Assembly (NCBI GenBank): GCA_013239625.1
Contig: MU053557.1
Span: forward strand, 937,063-1,001,062
Direction: 5' to 3'
DNA length: 64,000 nt
Source: Lama guanicoe
Taxonomy: Eukaryota
Shown: positions 27,280-40,958 of the stretch, one piece after another
Numbering within the stretch: position 1 is the first letter of the stretch
Layout: each line of letters begins with the position of its first letter
Notes under the pieces: model-generated
What the model saw: only the letters and a program-made list of their open reading frames with translations
Database searches by the model: none
What the model was told of the DNA's origin: nothing
Made by a program: the position numbers and the translations under genes

Positions 27280-28378
27280 GCATTATTCGTTAAATATCAG
27301 TAAAAATTCCACACTGGAAATAACATAACCCTTCCATAATAGATTGGATACAAACAAGAATATATACTGGGTGAATCTGTTTATGCAATATTCCACACAG
27401 AGCTAGGCTCTGCAGTGAGGAATCAGCACAGCGGTTCCCGTTCAGGAGGAGCAGGTGGGTAGTGACAGGGGATGGAGTGCGAGGGCTTCTGGACCGTCAA
27501 TGATGTTCTGTTTCTTGACGTAGATGGTCAAGAAATAAACTTTGATAACGGAGTTGAATAAACATGATAAAGCAGTGCCATATGTTTTAGAACATTTGGA
27601 GAACAGATAAAGCATCGATTACTAATACCATTTTGATCTATGCCCCCCTGACCTTTGTTTTAAAAGATCCTAAATCCATATAATGTATATTTGTTACAGT
27701 TAAACCCCCCGAATCAAAATGTACAACTATAAAGGGAAAGACCACTGCAACTCCATCCTACAGAGGTAAGTTCTGTTAAAATTTAGTGTTTATTCAGGAG
27801 GGAGTTGTTTTTAAGGTAAATCGTATATTTTTGTAAAATAAATTGGGTTTTGCTAACTTCAGATTTCTTTCTTTTTTTTTTTTATTTTTTTTTTTTTTTT
27901 TGGTGGAGGGGCTTAATTGGTTTCTTTTACTAATTTTCCTTCCCAAACTTCCAATATACTAAACTCTATTCAGTAAGTGAAAGGGAATCACCTTCGTTTA
28001 GGCTCACGGTCCCCACCACCTCCCTTCTTTTGCTACAGAGTTACATGTTTATTTGAGAATTAGAAAGGGGAAAAACGGAAAGGGAGATTAGTATTGACTG
28101 AGACCCATGGGTCATCCTGTAAGGAAATTCTGTTCGGAAGTATCACACCCCTGGCGCCCAGTGAGCTGCTCATCTCATACAAAAGCCAAGAGTCATCATT
28201 CGAATACTCAGAGCCATCCCAGGTCTCAGGCCAGCCCATGGCAGAAATGTAGAAAAGAAGGATTGGTGACATACAGGCTCACCCATCTGCTCCACAGTCC
28301 CCTCTGCTCTGAGTTGTAGCAGGGAGGTGGACTCTGAGAAAATCTAGTGCTCAGAAGGCCCTTTAAAATCATGTAAGC

Positions 28379-28583
28379 CAGTGGTTTTCACTTGGAGCTA
28401 CGTTTGCCCCCCAGGGGACTTTTGCAGTGTCTGGAGAAGTTCATGGTGGTTGGATGAGGGAAGGCTTGCTACTGGCATCTAGTGGGTAGAGGCCAGGGAT
28501 GCTGCTTAACCTCCTACAATGCCTGAGACAGCACCCAGGACAAGGCAGTATCCAGTCTGAAGTGTCAGTTGAGATGCTGATAA
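28379..28583 (+). mobile_element. MER20 hAT DNA transposon
   Basis: cagtggttttc...ttgccccccagggg...tgctactggcatctagtgggtagaggccagggatgctgct. Confidence 0.85.
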
Positions 28584-28595
28584 GATCGGATAAGA

Positions 28596-28632
28596 GTGTG
28601 TGTGTGTGTGTGTGCGCGCGCGCGCATGTGTG

Positions 28633-28685
<53 letters not shown>

Positions 28686-28687
28686 GC
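28596..28687. repeat. Compound (GT)n/(GC)n microsatellite
   Basis: 92 bp of uninterrupted purine-pyrimidine alternation. Confidence 0.95.
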
Positions 28688-31600
28688 CTTGCAGGAGGGG
28701 TTAGTTTTGCCTCAGGCCTCCAAACGGGTATCTAGATGAACAGACCTCGACAAATTTTCTTCATCCTTAAGGATGTTTCCTTGATCGTTTAGTTCATTCT
28801 GTGATGATTTGAGTTGCAAAACTCACATTATTCAGGTGGACTGGCACCTTTTTGTGGAGTGGGGGCACAGACATACATTGGGTGGACACCAAAATTATTA
28901 AAAATATATCACCCAAGGCAGTCTTGTGGGAAACCAGTAAGTTGATTATTCCAATGAGGCAGTTTGGCAGCTCCTTGTCCAAGCTCCTTGTGAGATCAGA
29001 TGGAAGAATCTCGAAGAGGAGCCACTCAGCTGAAACCACCCCGTGCAGGAGCAGACAGTGAGAAACATGGGAAGGAAACAGTGCCCAGGCTCAGAGAACC
29101 CGGACTCCCTTTGAGACGCACAGGACTTGCTGGGGGACCCTAGGCAAGTTATTGAATAAATTTAGAACTTTGTTTTACAAAGGAGGGGGAAAATAACATT
29201 TATTGTGGATCTATTATTCACTAGCTACCTTTACAACTTTCTGTCATTTGGTCCTCATCATAGCTCGATGCAGTAAATATTGGTATTCCTACATTACTTA
29301 CAAGACAGAGAGGTTAAGTTACCTGATCTGCCCAATATCAGACAGCCAGAAGGTAGTGGGGCCAGGATTTCAACTTAAGTGTCTTGATAGCTTTCATTTT
29401 TTACCTTTCCAGAGATCCTGTTTCCTCAACCTGTGAAACAGAGATGATGCATGGGATTTTGCGTGACGATTTATTGATTTAATGCACACAGCCTCAAAAG
29501 AGCAGTAGACATTTAATAAATGCTGAGCGTGATTTTTAATCATTATTATTATTTTGACCCTTCCATGCTCAAAAAATGCCCTTTTATTTGTAACAAATGG
29601 CTGCTTAGAAATGAAATTCACTCATCATTATTAGACACCAATTATGCAGCTAATGTACAAAATTCCTTTGAAATAAAAACTCCCCTGATTTTCTCCTTTC
29701 TGGCTGACTTGAGAAGCTCGGGACCTGACAATGTGACCCGGAGATAGAAATCAGTCTTGCCCTGGCTTGAGTGCCCCCATTTACGGAGCAGGAGGCTTGC
29801 CTGCCCTCTGGCAGGTCGGTGGGAGGTAAACCGAGCCACTGATAACGCGGCTGAGCCGAGCACATTCTCCAGGGCTCAGGAGTTGCCTTGCTGCCTGGTT
29901 ATCAGGCTCTTGAAGTACTCTCCAGGGATTTGCAACTTTTAGAGTAAATGATCCCAGTTTGGGAGGATGAATAATTCAGTGTTAGCGGGAAATTTTGGAG
30001 AAACACAAGTGTGGGAGACACTCTGGGACCCTGGGATGTTAGTTGTGCTTGGAGGCAGCCCCTTGCAACACGTGGTCTTAGACTCCCGTAACCCACTAGC
30101 ACCCCACCCCACCTGCACCCCTGTTCCACCCACACCTGTCAGGCCTGCATCACACCTCCTGTCAAAGCATCCAAGGCTTTTGTTAAGATGCAAATATTAC
30201 TTGGGAGCAATAAATGCATGAATGTATTAGCACATTTTTAACACTGTGTTTGTTTATCAGATTAGCTGTCCCTAGGGGAATGACAGCTAATTTGCATTTG
30301 TATTAGAGTAGAAATGTACCACTCAGGGAGGTTTGGTCTGGAGTTAGGTAGAATTTAAGAGGGATATATTATCACATCCTTTGATCTCTACCAACTTGCT
30401 CCAGGCTTTCCAGGAGCCTGGCCCCTAGAGGGTTAGGAATTGTTTCCAGGTCACAGGACTAGGAAGGAGCCGGGCCTCCCCTGAAAGCTGAGAGTTGTAA
30501 GTCTAAATCCATGCTAGCTGCTCAGTGCCTTGTTGGTAGGAAGCCAGGCGGTCCAAGAGCGAAGAAAAGCATGGCCTTGAGTTTGACAACTTGGGTTTGA
30601 CAAGATTTGGGCTTAAGAGGACAAGCGACTTTACCTTGTTTTAAAGGGAGGCAGAGAATAAGGTGCGAATGTATAGTTAGGATGAGGTGCAGATGTGTAT
30701 GTGTGCCTTGGTGGAGGAGTCCTTTTGCCAGAACCTTCAGTGACTTTATTTACTGCATCTGAACAGAGAAACATGCCTTGGATCTGGGCTCTTGGTCCTT
30801 TGCAAAGGGGGAACCACTCCTTCAACCACATGGGCAGGGGGAGGGTGAGACTGGCCTTGGGGGAAATCTGTTTCCCCTTGGATTCCTGCCTAGGCCCTAA
30901 GTGACTGTGATTTTTGTATTTGCAACGATGTAAAAAGCACTTGGCACAAAGTAGGTACATATGTTTGGTGGTGAATGTTAGAATAACGTCCTGGACTTAG
31001 ATTCAAATATGAGGGTCTTGAGCCCCCGTTCAGGTGATTACTAACTGCATTTAGGCCCAGCCCTAAGATTGCAGGGCCTGGGGAAAGAGTACACATGGAT
31101 GTCAGCATACCATATCTCTAAACATTCGAAGACAATAAATCAAGCTAAAAACCTGTTACATAAAATGTATTTTATCATCCTAACCTCGCCTTCATGATGA
31201 CAAAATCAAACTGCGTAAAGCTTTGGCTTTTACATGATCGAAATCTTGCAAAATATCAGAGACAATTGAATCTAATTATTATTGCCTGTATCCGGGTGTT
31301 TTATATTTGAATGAGTAATAGAATAAAGACATGCATAACTAATAAATTACGAATACTCATTCCCTCATTTTTTCTTTCTTGATTGATTTCAGCCAAAGCA
31401 CTAACAAGGCTGTTAAAATCAAGATTTTTCCCAAATAATTTGGTTTTGTAACAGTAACTATTGAAAGGTTAAAGAATATAATTGTAAAATTGTTACACTT
31501 TAAAAATATGTACATAAGATTGCACTCAAAATGTCCACAGTTTGATTATATTTTACTCATAAAAGCAAATTACAATAAATGCAACAAGTTATAAAGTACA

Positions 31601-31723
31601 AAAAACATATTCCATGTGTTTTCAAAATGTTTTCTAAATTCTGCAAGCTTGTGAAACATAAAAGAGAAAACTTAAATTATTAATAATGAACATCAGCACA
31701 TAAAAATATAGTTATTTAAATTT

Positions 31724-31793
31724 CATGACTGGGACATTGTGCTGTACACCACAAACTGACACATTATAACTGACTGTACTTCAATTAAAATAT
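31724..31793 (+). mobile_element. Severely 5'-truncated L1 (70-bp 3' stub)
   Basis: ...ctgacacattataactgactgtacttcaattaaaa is an L1 3' terminus. A 19-bp TSD with 2 mismatches lies at 31705-31723 and 31794-31812. Confidence 0.8.
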
Positions 31794-31904
31794 AATGTAG
31801 TTATTCAAATTTGAAAACTTGTAATTTAATTTTAATTACATTTTGAAAATGTAATTACTTCTTATTATATAGTTTATATGTTAATTAAATTATTTACATT
31901 TCTA

Positions 31905-32345
31905 ACATTTAGGAAAATTCCACCCCACCCTTCTTTTCTTGGTTCTTTTGGCTGGTCAAGTAACTAAAATGACATATGATAGATTGACAGGAGAAAATCA
32001 AATTTAATTATGTACCTACTGGAAATTCACACTAACGTGAGAAATTGCAAAGACAGGCAAAATGAGGTAAAGATGTCATTCTGGGCTAAGGAGAAGGAGT
32101 TAGGGGCCTGTACTTCAAAGGGAAGGAAGGCAATTCAGAAGGAGAATGAAAAGTGTTTGGGGAACAGTGTATGCTGGGCCGTCCCTACACGACACAGAGA
32201 GGACTGCTCGGTCCCTCTCTGTCTACCATGCCAAGCTCATACCATGCTCTGCTGCCCAGGATGACAGTTCCCTTCCTGGAACAGGCCCTCCATCTGAACT
32301 CTTTTAGGCACTTGGGGGAAGGTCAAAGGTTCTTCCCGAGTGGCA
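31905..32345 (-). mobile_element. ERV1-like LTR
   Basis: ttcttttggctggtc...gattgacaggagaaaatcaaatttaattatgtac resembles the reverse U5/R of laurasiatherian ERV1 LTRs. Ends are uncertain. Confidence 0.45.
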
Positions 32346-33569
32346 CATCCTGGGGCGACTCACTCTGAACCCCTCCACGTTCGGTCTCTAATTACACAGG
32401 AAGAATCGGCAGGTGCTGTGGGAACATCAGGGTAACAGGAGTTGTCTGATACTGGAGATACAACCCAGCCACCATCGGGAGAATACTGCCATCGTTCCAC
32501 TGTACCTCTGGAACCTGGCTCTGTTGAACACGTAGAAGGGAGAAAGCAGAGGCGCTAGGGGGAGAGGCTACTTCATTGCGCAGGAATCTATTGCTTGCAT
32601 ACTGTCGGAGAGAAAGGATTTGACTAGTGAGTTAATTTGCCTGTCCTTTTACCTGAGCCCCTGTGCTGCTCACATCCTATACTCTCTGAAGCAGTATCTG
32701 TCTCCAACACCAGCAACAATCACAAACGTTCACGGCTTTTGGACAGAATTGCCTTTTTAGAGGGCATAGGGCAAGAGAGGTGGAGAAATGTTTCTTTGGC
32801 CTGAACAGCATTAATCAGGAGGGGATGTGTAGGATTCAGGGTCACAGTGTGCCAGGTCTATGTCTGCGTGCTGGATTCTGAGCACCAAGGTACCCACGCT
32901 TCCTTACACTTATTTTGTGTGTGTGTGTGTTACATAGGTCCTTCCAATGCATGAACTTGGAGTAGCGTCCCCTTTTGCCTGGTGTTAGTGCAAAATTATG
33001 TGCATGATTATGGGTAAGTCACTTTTCTGAGTGTAGCTCCTCTCTCTTGATAAGGGGGAACATTACCTCCTGACCTACGTATCTCATCATGTTCTTGAGG
33101 AGAGTAAGGCTGTGTTTGCGAGCCTTTTTTAGAATAGATTTATGATTTTGTTTAGAGTGAGGTATTAAAGGAACATAAACTTAGCAAAATAGAGTTTATT
33201 GTTTGCCTGTATTTCTTTTTTGTGTGTACTTATTAGCAAAGGAATCAGAGTGAATTAAGTAGACATTATCACCATGTATCAAGTGTTCGCTAGGAATTTC
33301 TCTTAAGACAGCCCTTCATGCATAGGACTCTGGAAGGCTTTTAATCTTTGTCTTATTCTGAAGTCTATTAAAAATTCTAATGTCTGTATATAGTAAAATG
33401 GAGGTGGCATTTATCCCATAAAGTCAAGCCGTATCAATGATTGGCAGTTCATTTGAACGTGAGGGTGATATCATCACTTCCATCTTTCAGGGACAGATTA
33501 TTCATTGAAATCTTACCTTCTCATTTCTTTATTTTGCTCATTTTTTCTGATAAAAATTTTCCAGATTAT

Positions 33570-33770
33570 GAGAACATATTCTGTGCCAGACCCTAGGCTA
33601 AAGTTTTCCATATAGTAGCTCACTAAGCCCTCACAATAACCAGGTTCTACCATTATGATTCCCATTCTCAGATAAGGAAACCGAGACCAAAACATTTGCT
33701 CAGAGCATACAGATGGGGAACAAAAGGACTAGAGACAAGATGAGTCTGATTTCAAAGCACAGTACTGTCC
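33570..33770 (-). mobile_element. MIR SINE
   Basis: ccctcacaataacc...cccattctcagataaggaaaccgag. Confidence 0.7.
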
Positions 33771-34969
33771 ACTGCAGAGGGTGTTGAAGGTGACAATCCA
33801 GGTTCCAGGTTGACTCACCTGTTCTTGACTTCTTTGTTTGGATTCGTAATGTCCTGCTGGGACTGGGAGCCCTTTAGAGAAGATCTCTTTGACCCAGAAG
33901 TCCGAATTGGGGGCGCCTTGGCCTGACTCACATGTTACCAGTTGTGTAGGATACAGAGTGCAGATGCTGAGGGTCAGGGCACTGTATCATTCCGATGTGA
34001 AGGAAAACATCAGCATGTTGTTTTGGGCACAGCTGTGTAATCAAAGCCACACAGCCTAGATGGATTTCAGCTAATTGGTTCAAATGGAAACTTACAGCTG
34101 GAATGGGGTGAACCGGATCCCGTCTGCTGTTGTGCATGCACACCAGCCCCCATCACGTTCCCCGATGGCCACAGAAACAAATGCCCTCCTTTGCAGAGAG
34201 GCACTGAGTGGTGGCACACAACCAGCTAAGCCGTTTCACACTTGCAGGCGTTCAGGGTAATGTATCTGCTGTCAATACGCCGCACACACATTAGAGGCGG
34301 TTGTGACAGCGTTGCTGGCACACTATTGATTCATGGCAGAGGCTGTTTATCTGTGACAAGAAAACATCAGTTGATATTGACAAATCATCTGAAAATACTC
34401 ACCTACTTGCAGTCTGTCAGCCTGAGTGAAATACACAGTAAACTGGCTGCTGGAAGTCAAAATGGATCCACAGGGAGAGAGTGTCCACAAAACATTAGAT
34501 AGTCAGTGCAAATGCACAGCCCTGGTCCATTGACAGCAAAGGAATAGTTTGCTCCCTGTAAAGCCAAAGACTGAAAGCCAGTCATGTTAATAGCAGGAAA
34601 GAACAGTGAGTGAATTTGGAGTGGGGCTTGTTTACGTAATTCTGTCCTGGTTATTGACCTTAAAAAATGAAGATGAGAAACCGCCTGGTATGCAGTGCTG
34701 GATGGATGAAAGGGTCTAATGTACTGGGGAGATAAAAGTGCGCCCTTATGTTTAAAGAGCCAGGATCAAGGTGGAGGGTTTTACTTAAGCCAGCATTTTA
34801 CAAGCACATTACGGACTTCCCTCATTTCCTTCCCTGTTGGTGATAGAAGTCAACAAAAGTTGTATAAATTGGGGGTGTGCATTCTGTCCAACTAGAAGGG
34901 TCCATACAGGTTACCTGGGGTAAAAAAAAGATGGCCTTTGGTCTATCAGTGCTGTTTCAAAAAATGTAT

Positions 34970-35110
34970 TCACTCATTCAACCAAGAGTTATTTAGCACC
35001 CTACTGTGTGTCATGTACTGTGCTAGGTGGTTGGGGTACGGATGAGAGCAAGACGCAAGTCCCTGCCCTCATGGAGCTTAGATTTCACTTTGGGAAGAAG
35101 ACCAAAAAAC
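34970..35110 (-). mobile_element. L2 3' fragment
   Basis: ttcactcattcaacc...tttagcaccctactgtgtg...tccctgccctcatggagctta. Confidence 0.7.
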
Positions 35111-35379
35111 GTTAATATAAAATAAAATAAGTGAATATCAAAAAAGCAAAGCTGTAAGAAGTAGCATGTCAGAGACACAGGTAATTGAAATGGGTTTTTG
35201 CCACACGCAGCACGAAAGTCCTCACTGGTAACAGCGACCTGTTTGGGCATATCTGGGTGTTGCCCAAGTCCTCCATGGGCCCACTCAGCGAGGGTAGCAG
35301 GGTTAGGGAAGAGAGCTTGTATGTTTTCGGTAACTGCACTGAGCAAGCTCTGTAACTAGGCACTCTTACATACCATAAG

Positions 35380-35570
35380 GATTGGGAGCTTGGTGGGAAG
35401 AGTTTGGGATCTGAAGTCAAATTACCTCCAATATCCTACTGCTATGACCCTGGGAGAATCATTTAAACTCTGACCTTCAGTTTCCTCGTTCATAAAGTGG
35501 AGAGAGTACCTTTGCTGGGTCACATATTTAAAATACGTGGCACATAATCGGCATTCAGTAAATTAATGAG
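35380..35570 (+). mobile_element. MIR SINE
   Basis: gctatgaccctgggagaatcatttaaactctgaccttcagtttcctc. Confidence 0.65.
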
Positions 35571-35869
35571 TCTTCCTAATCTTCTAAGATGGGTACTGAG
35601 GGCACTAGGCTAAGTCTGAGGCTGTTGAAGGCCTAGAACACTTAGTGTTTTTAAAAGGTTGAATGAATGGGGCTTTGGATCCGCATCTAAGTGACTAGAT
35701 CATTACTCTTGTCATTGTGCTTAATGCTCTGACATAGCACTTCAACAATATAGTCCTGAAACTACTCCTACCACTGTCACCACCCCTGCTGCCAAGACCT
35801 CCGTTCCACCAGGAGCACCACTTCCACCACCGTCAACCCCACCGTCACCACAGCTACTTCTCTAAGCAT

Positions 35870-36090
35870 CTTACCTTTGTTGAGCCCTTTCAATGTACCA
35901 AGCACGAAGCCATGGAAAATATCTCATCTAATTCTTACCACAACCTCCTGTGATGATGTTCTAACGTCTCATTTTACAGATGAGGAAACGGAGGCATGCT
36001 CTAGGTTAAGAAATGCATTCAACTCCAAGCAGCTAGTAAGGAGTAGAATTGGGATCCACACCCAGGAACCCTAATTCTAGAAATTCCTCG
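35870..36090 (-). mobile_element. MIR SINE
   Basis: cattttacagatgaggaaacggaggc. Confidence 0.75.
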
Positions 36091-39000
36091 CATAAGCTGT
36101 GTTCGCAATACGTAATCCATCTGAGCTTTCCTAAGGCACTCTGTAGTTCTGACTGAGTTGTTAAGGCAACCACAGAAACCGCAGTCTGGTTACTGTGGTC
36201 CTCACTAGCCCGGAAGCAGCTGGACCACTTGGCTGCCTGCTTAGCAGCATCCCAGGCTGCCCTTTTCTCTTCTGGGAGTAGCTTAGCCCCAAGGAAACTC
36301 TGGCTCAACACGTGCTCATTGATGGTGTTATGATAAGGAAAAGACAGAAGGAAGATCTACCAGTAAGGCAAAGGCTTGCAAGTAATACGCTCTATTAAAA
36401 AGCTTTCCTGGGAGTTACTAATGAAAGTTAAGAAACTGGTATTTCCTTATTTGATAGGGTCCCCTGTTACGGATTGATTGAACTCACACATTTGCCAATT
36501 TACTGAAAATAACTCGAAGCATCATTAAATGAATTTCCATGGAGTCCGATTTCAGTCTGCCTTATCTCTTTGTTTATAGCCACTCTTTTCTGAGATGCTG
36601 CAGGGAACACTCTTTTTCTCCAATAGACCTAATGGAAGCAGGAAGATATTTTGCTAAATTTATAGGAATCCTTTGCCCTGACTTGTCTAAATGTCCTTAG
36701 CTCAGTTGCCTGTTATTTTGAATGGTTATTTTGTGTATGATGTTAGTGGCGTGGCTGTATGTCCTGGGAATCAATTCTGTTTTCAGGAATAAGCCTGTAA
36801 GATCTCTGCAACAGGATTATTTTATAGGTGAAAAAAAAAAGTTACATCATAATAAGTTCCTTCCGGAGTTTTAACAATGATATTACATTGGATAAGGTAT
36901 AAGACCTAGGGCATGCCAAATTTCTGGTTAGAATGGGATCTGCTTTAATGAGACATTGTTGCATTGGGGATGGGTGTGATGAGAAATAAACTTACGTGAC
37001 CGGTCAGCTACTACTCAGTGCAACTTGTGAAAGTGGTGCTGTTTTTAATCATTTATATTTTCAATGCCAGCTGGCTTCTGCGTGGTTATTGATATGACAG
37101 TCATAGAGGGATACAATATGCTTTGCCTACTTTTCGTCAAAGCTCAATTTCCAGAAATAATACTGTAGTCCTGTGTAATTGCTTTTCCAAGTTGGAGTTA
37201 AGTCAGTGGGCTTTCTAGGGCAGCCCCCACAATTCTTAGACATTGAGGAGGCCAGTGTTGGGTGGTTCCTATTTTCTCACTTCGCACATGATGAAGTAAA
37301 GACATAGGAACTGGTTTTAATTCTTATATAGAGTAAGTGGTGGTGCTAGGATTCAAATTCAGGTCTTTCAGATGCCAAAGTTTAACTCTCTTTTTACCCA
37401 TCATGGTATCCTGACTTTTTATGACCCCAATAAGGAATTCAGATATTTCTAATGCTGTACTTAATTTGCAGGGTGGAATGTAGTTTTTGAAGCTTAAATG
37501 TCTTCCCTGTTGCCCAGATATTATAACCTCTTTATTTAAAATCCCATTTATTTTATTTCTCAAATATTTTTAAAATATTTACCATGTGTCTTGGGATACA
37601 GAGAATAAGACATAGTAGTCACATTAAAAAATCTCATAGTTCACTGATCTATATCCTGTTACAAATTCTATATTTCAAAGCTTTTCATCATTATATTTTT
37701 TACAGTATGTTGCAATGTTTATTCTGTTATTTTTATTTTATTGTCACTATATGATTAATAGCTTCTTCTCTGTTACACCTTTACAAGTCCCAGATCAGAT
37801 ATTTAAACGATAGAAAATACTGCTTCACCACATTGAAGTGAAATGATCTTCATTTTCTTCACATTTTACTTTATAACAATTCTATCTTAAATCTTCGTGA
37901 GAATTTTATTGTCTGAGGGAATATTTACATAGTTATTAACATGTAATCTAGCGTAATGGTGGTGGTTTTCACTGGAGCAGCTAATCTAAGCGGGATAGTT
38001 AACCACAGTGAACTATACCAGTCAATTAAGGAAGGGAGTTTTGAAAAGCGAAGAAAACATGATACTGTTTGCACAGATAATTCCTTAATATATTTGTTAT
38101 TGTAGAGTTCATGTGTTCAAACTTGTGTCCGAATATTTCCTTTTATGGATTTCTGAAGCTGAAGAGCTATGTTCTCCCTGTAGCTTTGCGTGTTAGAATC
38201 ACCACCAGGACATAGGGTTTTAATTGAAACTGGAAATAGCTTGCACATTTTAGTTTTCAGATAATGGGTCTTATCTGATGCCTAAGTTTTTGAGTACCCA
38301 AATTAATGAGAGCATTTCAAAATACAGAGGGGGAAAGTGTGGAAAGAGGGTAGACTATGTACTCAGGGAAGCAGGATCTGAGACCTGTCTCTGCTCCTGA
38401 GCTCCAGTGACCTGACAGTGAGGTCCGCGTCCCTGAGCTTCAGTTTCAGGTCTCTCATCTGCAAAGTGCAGAAAGTGATGATGGCAGTGCCTGTCTTCTG
38501 GGATGGTCACATCCTTGTCGGAGGAAGGCAATGGGAAAATATTCCTATGGCTGTTTGTTAAGCTGAGCACATATCTATTTTTCAAAATTTTCAACTACTC
38601 AAGCTGTACACAACCCTAATCTCCAGCACTCAGCTTAGGGTCTAGCAAATGACTGGAACCTCCAGACGTGATAGTTATTGTTATGATTAAAAACATGATA
38701 GTTCTAATGGTGGGCCTTAAAGGTCTCTCTTAAAGTCTAGAACAGCAAGCTCTACATTAATTGTTCTTGTCCAAGTCCCCCAGATTGTCTTTATGTTAAG
38801 GATGCAAAAATTCTGTCTCCATCAGCTGTCCATTTGGATGATTCTGACTGTGTATACCTGGCCAGATGTCCTCAACAAAAGAAGTCAGCCCTTAGGAAGG
38901 TGAGTGAGCATCCAGCCACTTCTCAAATTGAAATATTTCCAGATTTAAACAAGTGTTTGACTGAATGCTATCTTGCACCATATCCCCAGTGCTCTTTCTT

Positions 39001-40104
39001 ATTTTTTATATATCTTCTAATAACACCTGTGCTTGAGTGACGAGGTAGTACAGTTTTGCTATTTCTGTTAACAAAATAATGTTTATGGCTTTGCTATTTT
39101 TAGAGATAAAGAAAATTACCAAAAATGTGTGCTTAAAAACACAGTTGCCAGGCAGGGCATACCCCTAGAACACAAGAGGAGTTGACTCAAGGATAGGTCT
39201 TTATGATCCAGAGCCAGGAAAGAGGACAATGGCTCTAAGAAATGCAGTGTCTTCAGGAAAATAGGCTTCGACAGTCATAGGAATGGTTGTGAATGGGAGA
39301 AAACGTAGGCTTTCTGCAAATGATGATCAAATCTTGCACCACGTTTGCCTACAAGCACCCACCAGGCTCCAGGACTCTCTTCAAAATACACGGTAGAATT
39401 CTCTGTGCATAAGAGCATCAAGCATTTATAACTATAAGCATGAGACCTTCGTGAGTCCTTTAGGGTAAAAGAGACAATTTATATGAGTAGAAACATACAT
39501 ACCGGTTCTTCTGCGGGCACAGCATTTCCATTCAGGAAGGTTTCATTTTAAGATGCAATTCACCAGTGGCCTCTCACTTATACATTTCATATATTTATTT
39601 ACCACCATCTTGTTCCTACCCTTTGGTTTATACGAAACACCAGGAAGCTTTGTGTCTAATTAGCTATCTCTGGGAGCAAACTGCTACAAATACTCTCTCT
39701 TTTTCCTTCTTAGTAAAATGAAGATGAATTTAACCAGTAAGTTCGAATATTGCCTTAGATGGCTGCATGGTACCAAATAGTGGATGATTCTGAAGCCCAG
39801 CCATATGACTCTATATTAGAATCCTGGCTCCACCTCTTGCTAACTCTGTGTATCAGTTACTGCTTAATTATAGATGTAACTTACCACTATAAGTATCAGG
39901 GAATAGGAAGTATATCTCACTCAGTGGTGGGTGGATCTAGGCGAGGAAAGAACAAAGCCAGAAGAGATAGAGAAGATGTCTCTTGAAATTTAAGCAGTAA
40001 TTAATTTTCTCTTAGAAAGATTCACCATTACACCTTACCATATTTTCAATCTCCATTCCACCCCCCACTTCCTCAGTCTGCTTTGATAAAATTCTGATTT
40101 ACTC

Positions 40105-40613
40105 TGTGTACTAGTTAACTTTACCTGTCAACTGGCTGGGCTAAGGAGTACCCAGATAGCTGGTGAAAAATACTTCTTGGTGTGTTTGTGACGGGTGATT
40201 CTGAAGGAAGTTAGCAATTGAATTTGTGAGCTGAGTCAACGCAGATGGCCCTCACCAGTGTGGGTGGGCTTCATCCAATCCACTGAGGGTTCAAATAGAA
40301 CAAAAAGGTGGGAAAGAGTAAATTCTCTCTCTCTCTGCTTGAACCAAGACATCCATCTTCTGCCTTTGGATATTGGACATGGCTCTGGTTCTCAGGCTTT
40401 GGGGCTAGGATTAGGCCTTCACTGTTGTTCCCCTGATCCTCAGGCCCTGGGACTCAGACTGAATCATACCGCTGGCTTTTCTGGTTCTCCAGCTTGCAGG
40501 CATCGGATCCTGGGACTTCCCAGCCTCTATAATTACATGAGTCGATCCCCATAATCCATCTTCTTATATATATCCTATTGATTCTGTTTCTGTGGAGAAC
40601 CCCGAGTAACACA
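40105..40613 (+). mobile_element. MLT2 (ERVL) solo LTR
   Basis: TG...gttaactttacctgtcaactggctgggctaagg...catccaatccactgaggg...aatagaacaaaaagg...cctattgattctgtttctgtggagaacc...aca. Confidence 0.85.
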
Positions 40614-40724
40614 CTTTGAGTTTGTTCAGTTCTTATATATGGATCACGTTATCTTTATGGGCCTGCTTTTATTTTTTTTCACATAATGTCTAATCCTTTC
40701 ATATTTGTTATAATATCCAAGGCG

Positions 40725-40958
40725 AAGACTCTAGCCCTGTAGATCAACTGTACTGTAATCTAATATAAGGATTATTTCTCTACACAACTGCATTCTCATT
40801 TATCTCATTGTAAGGCCCGCAGCTTTGTAGGTCAACTATATTGTAGTTGACTTCAGTGTAGGGACCGTAGCTACGTAGGTCAGCTGTATTGTAATCCACT
40901 GCAGTGGAAGAATTAGACCCTAATTTTATGTACTGTGTTATAGTTTATTCCAGTGCAA
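40725..40958. repeat. Degenerate ~48-bp tandem repeat, about 5 units
   Basis: Units starting at 40816 and 40864 align with a 48-nt period. Approximate consensus is acYgtagctYtgtaggtcaactgtattgtaatYtactYcagtgtaagg. Confidence 0.65.

Noticed and set aside
28441..28735. HT/CV-repeat ORFs
   Set aside because: Translation of a microsatellite.
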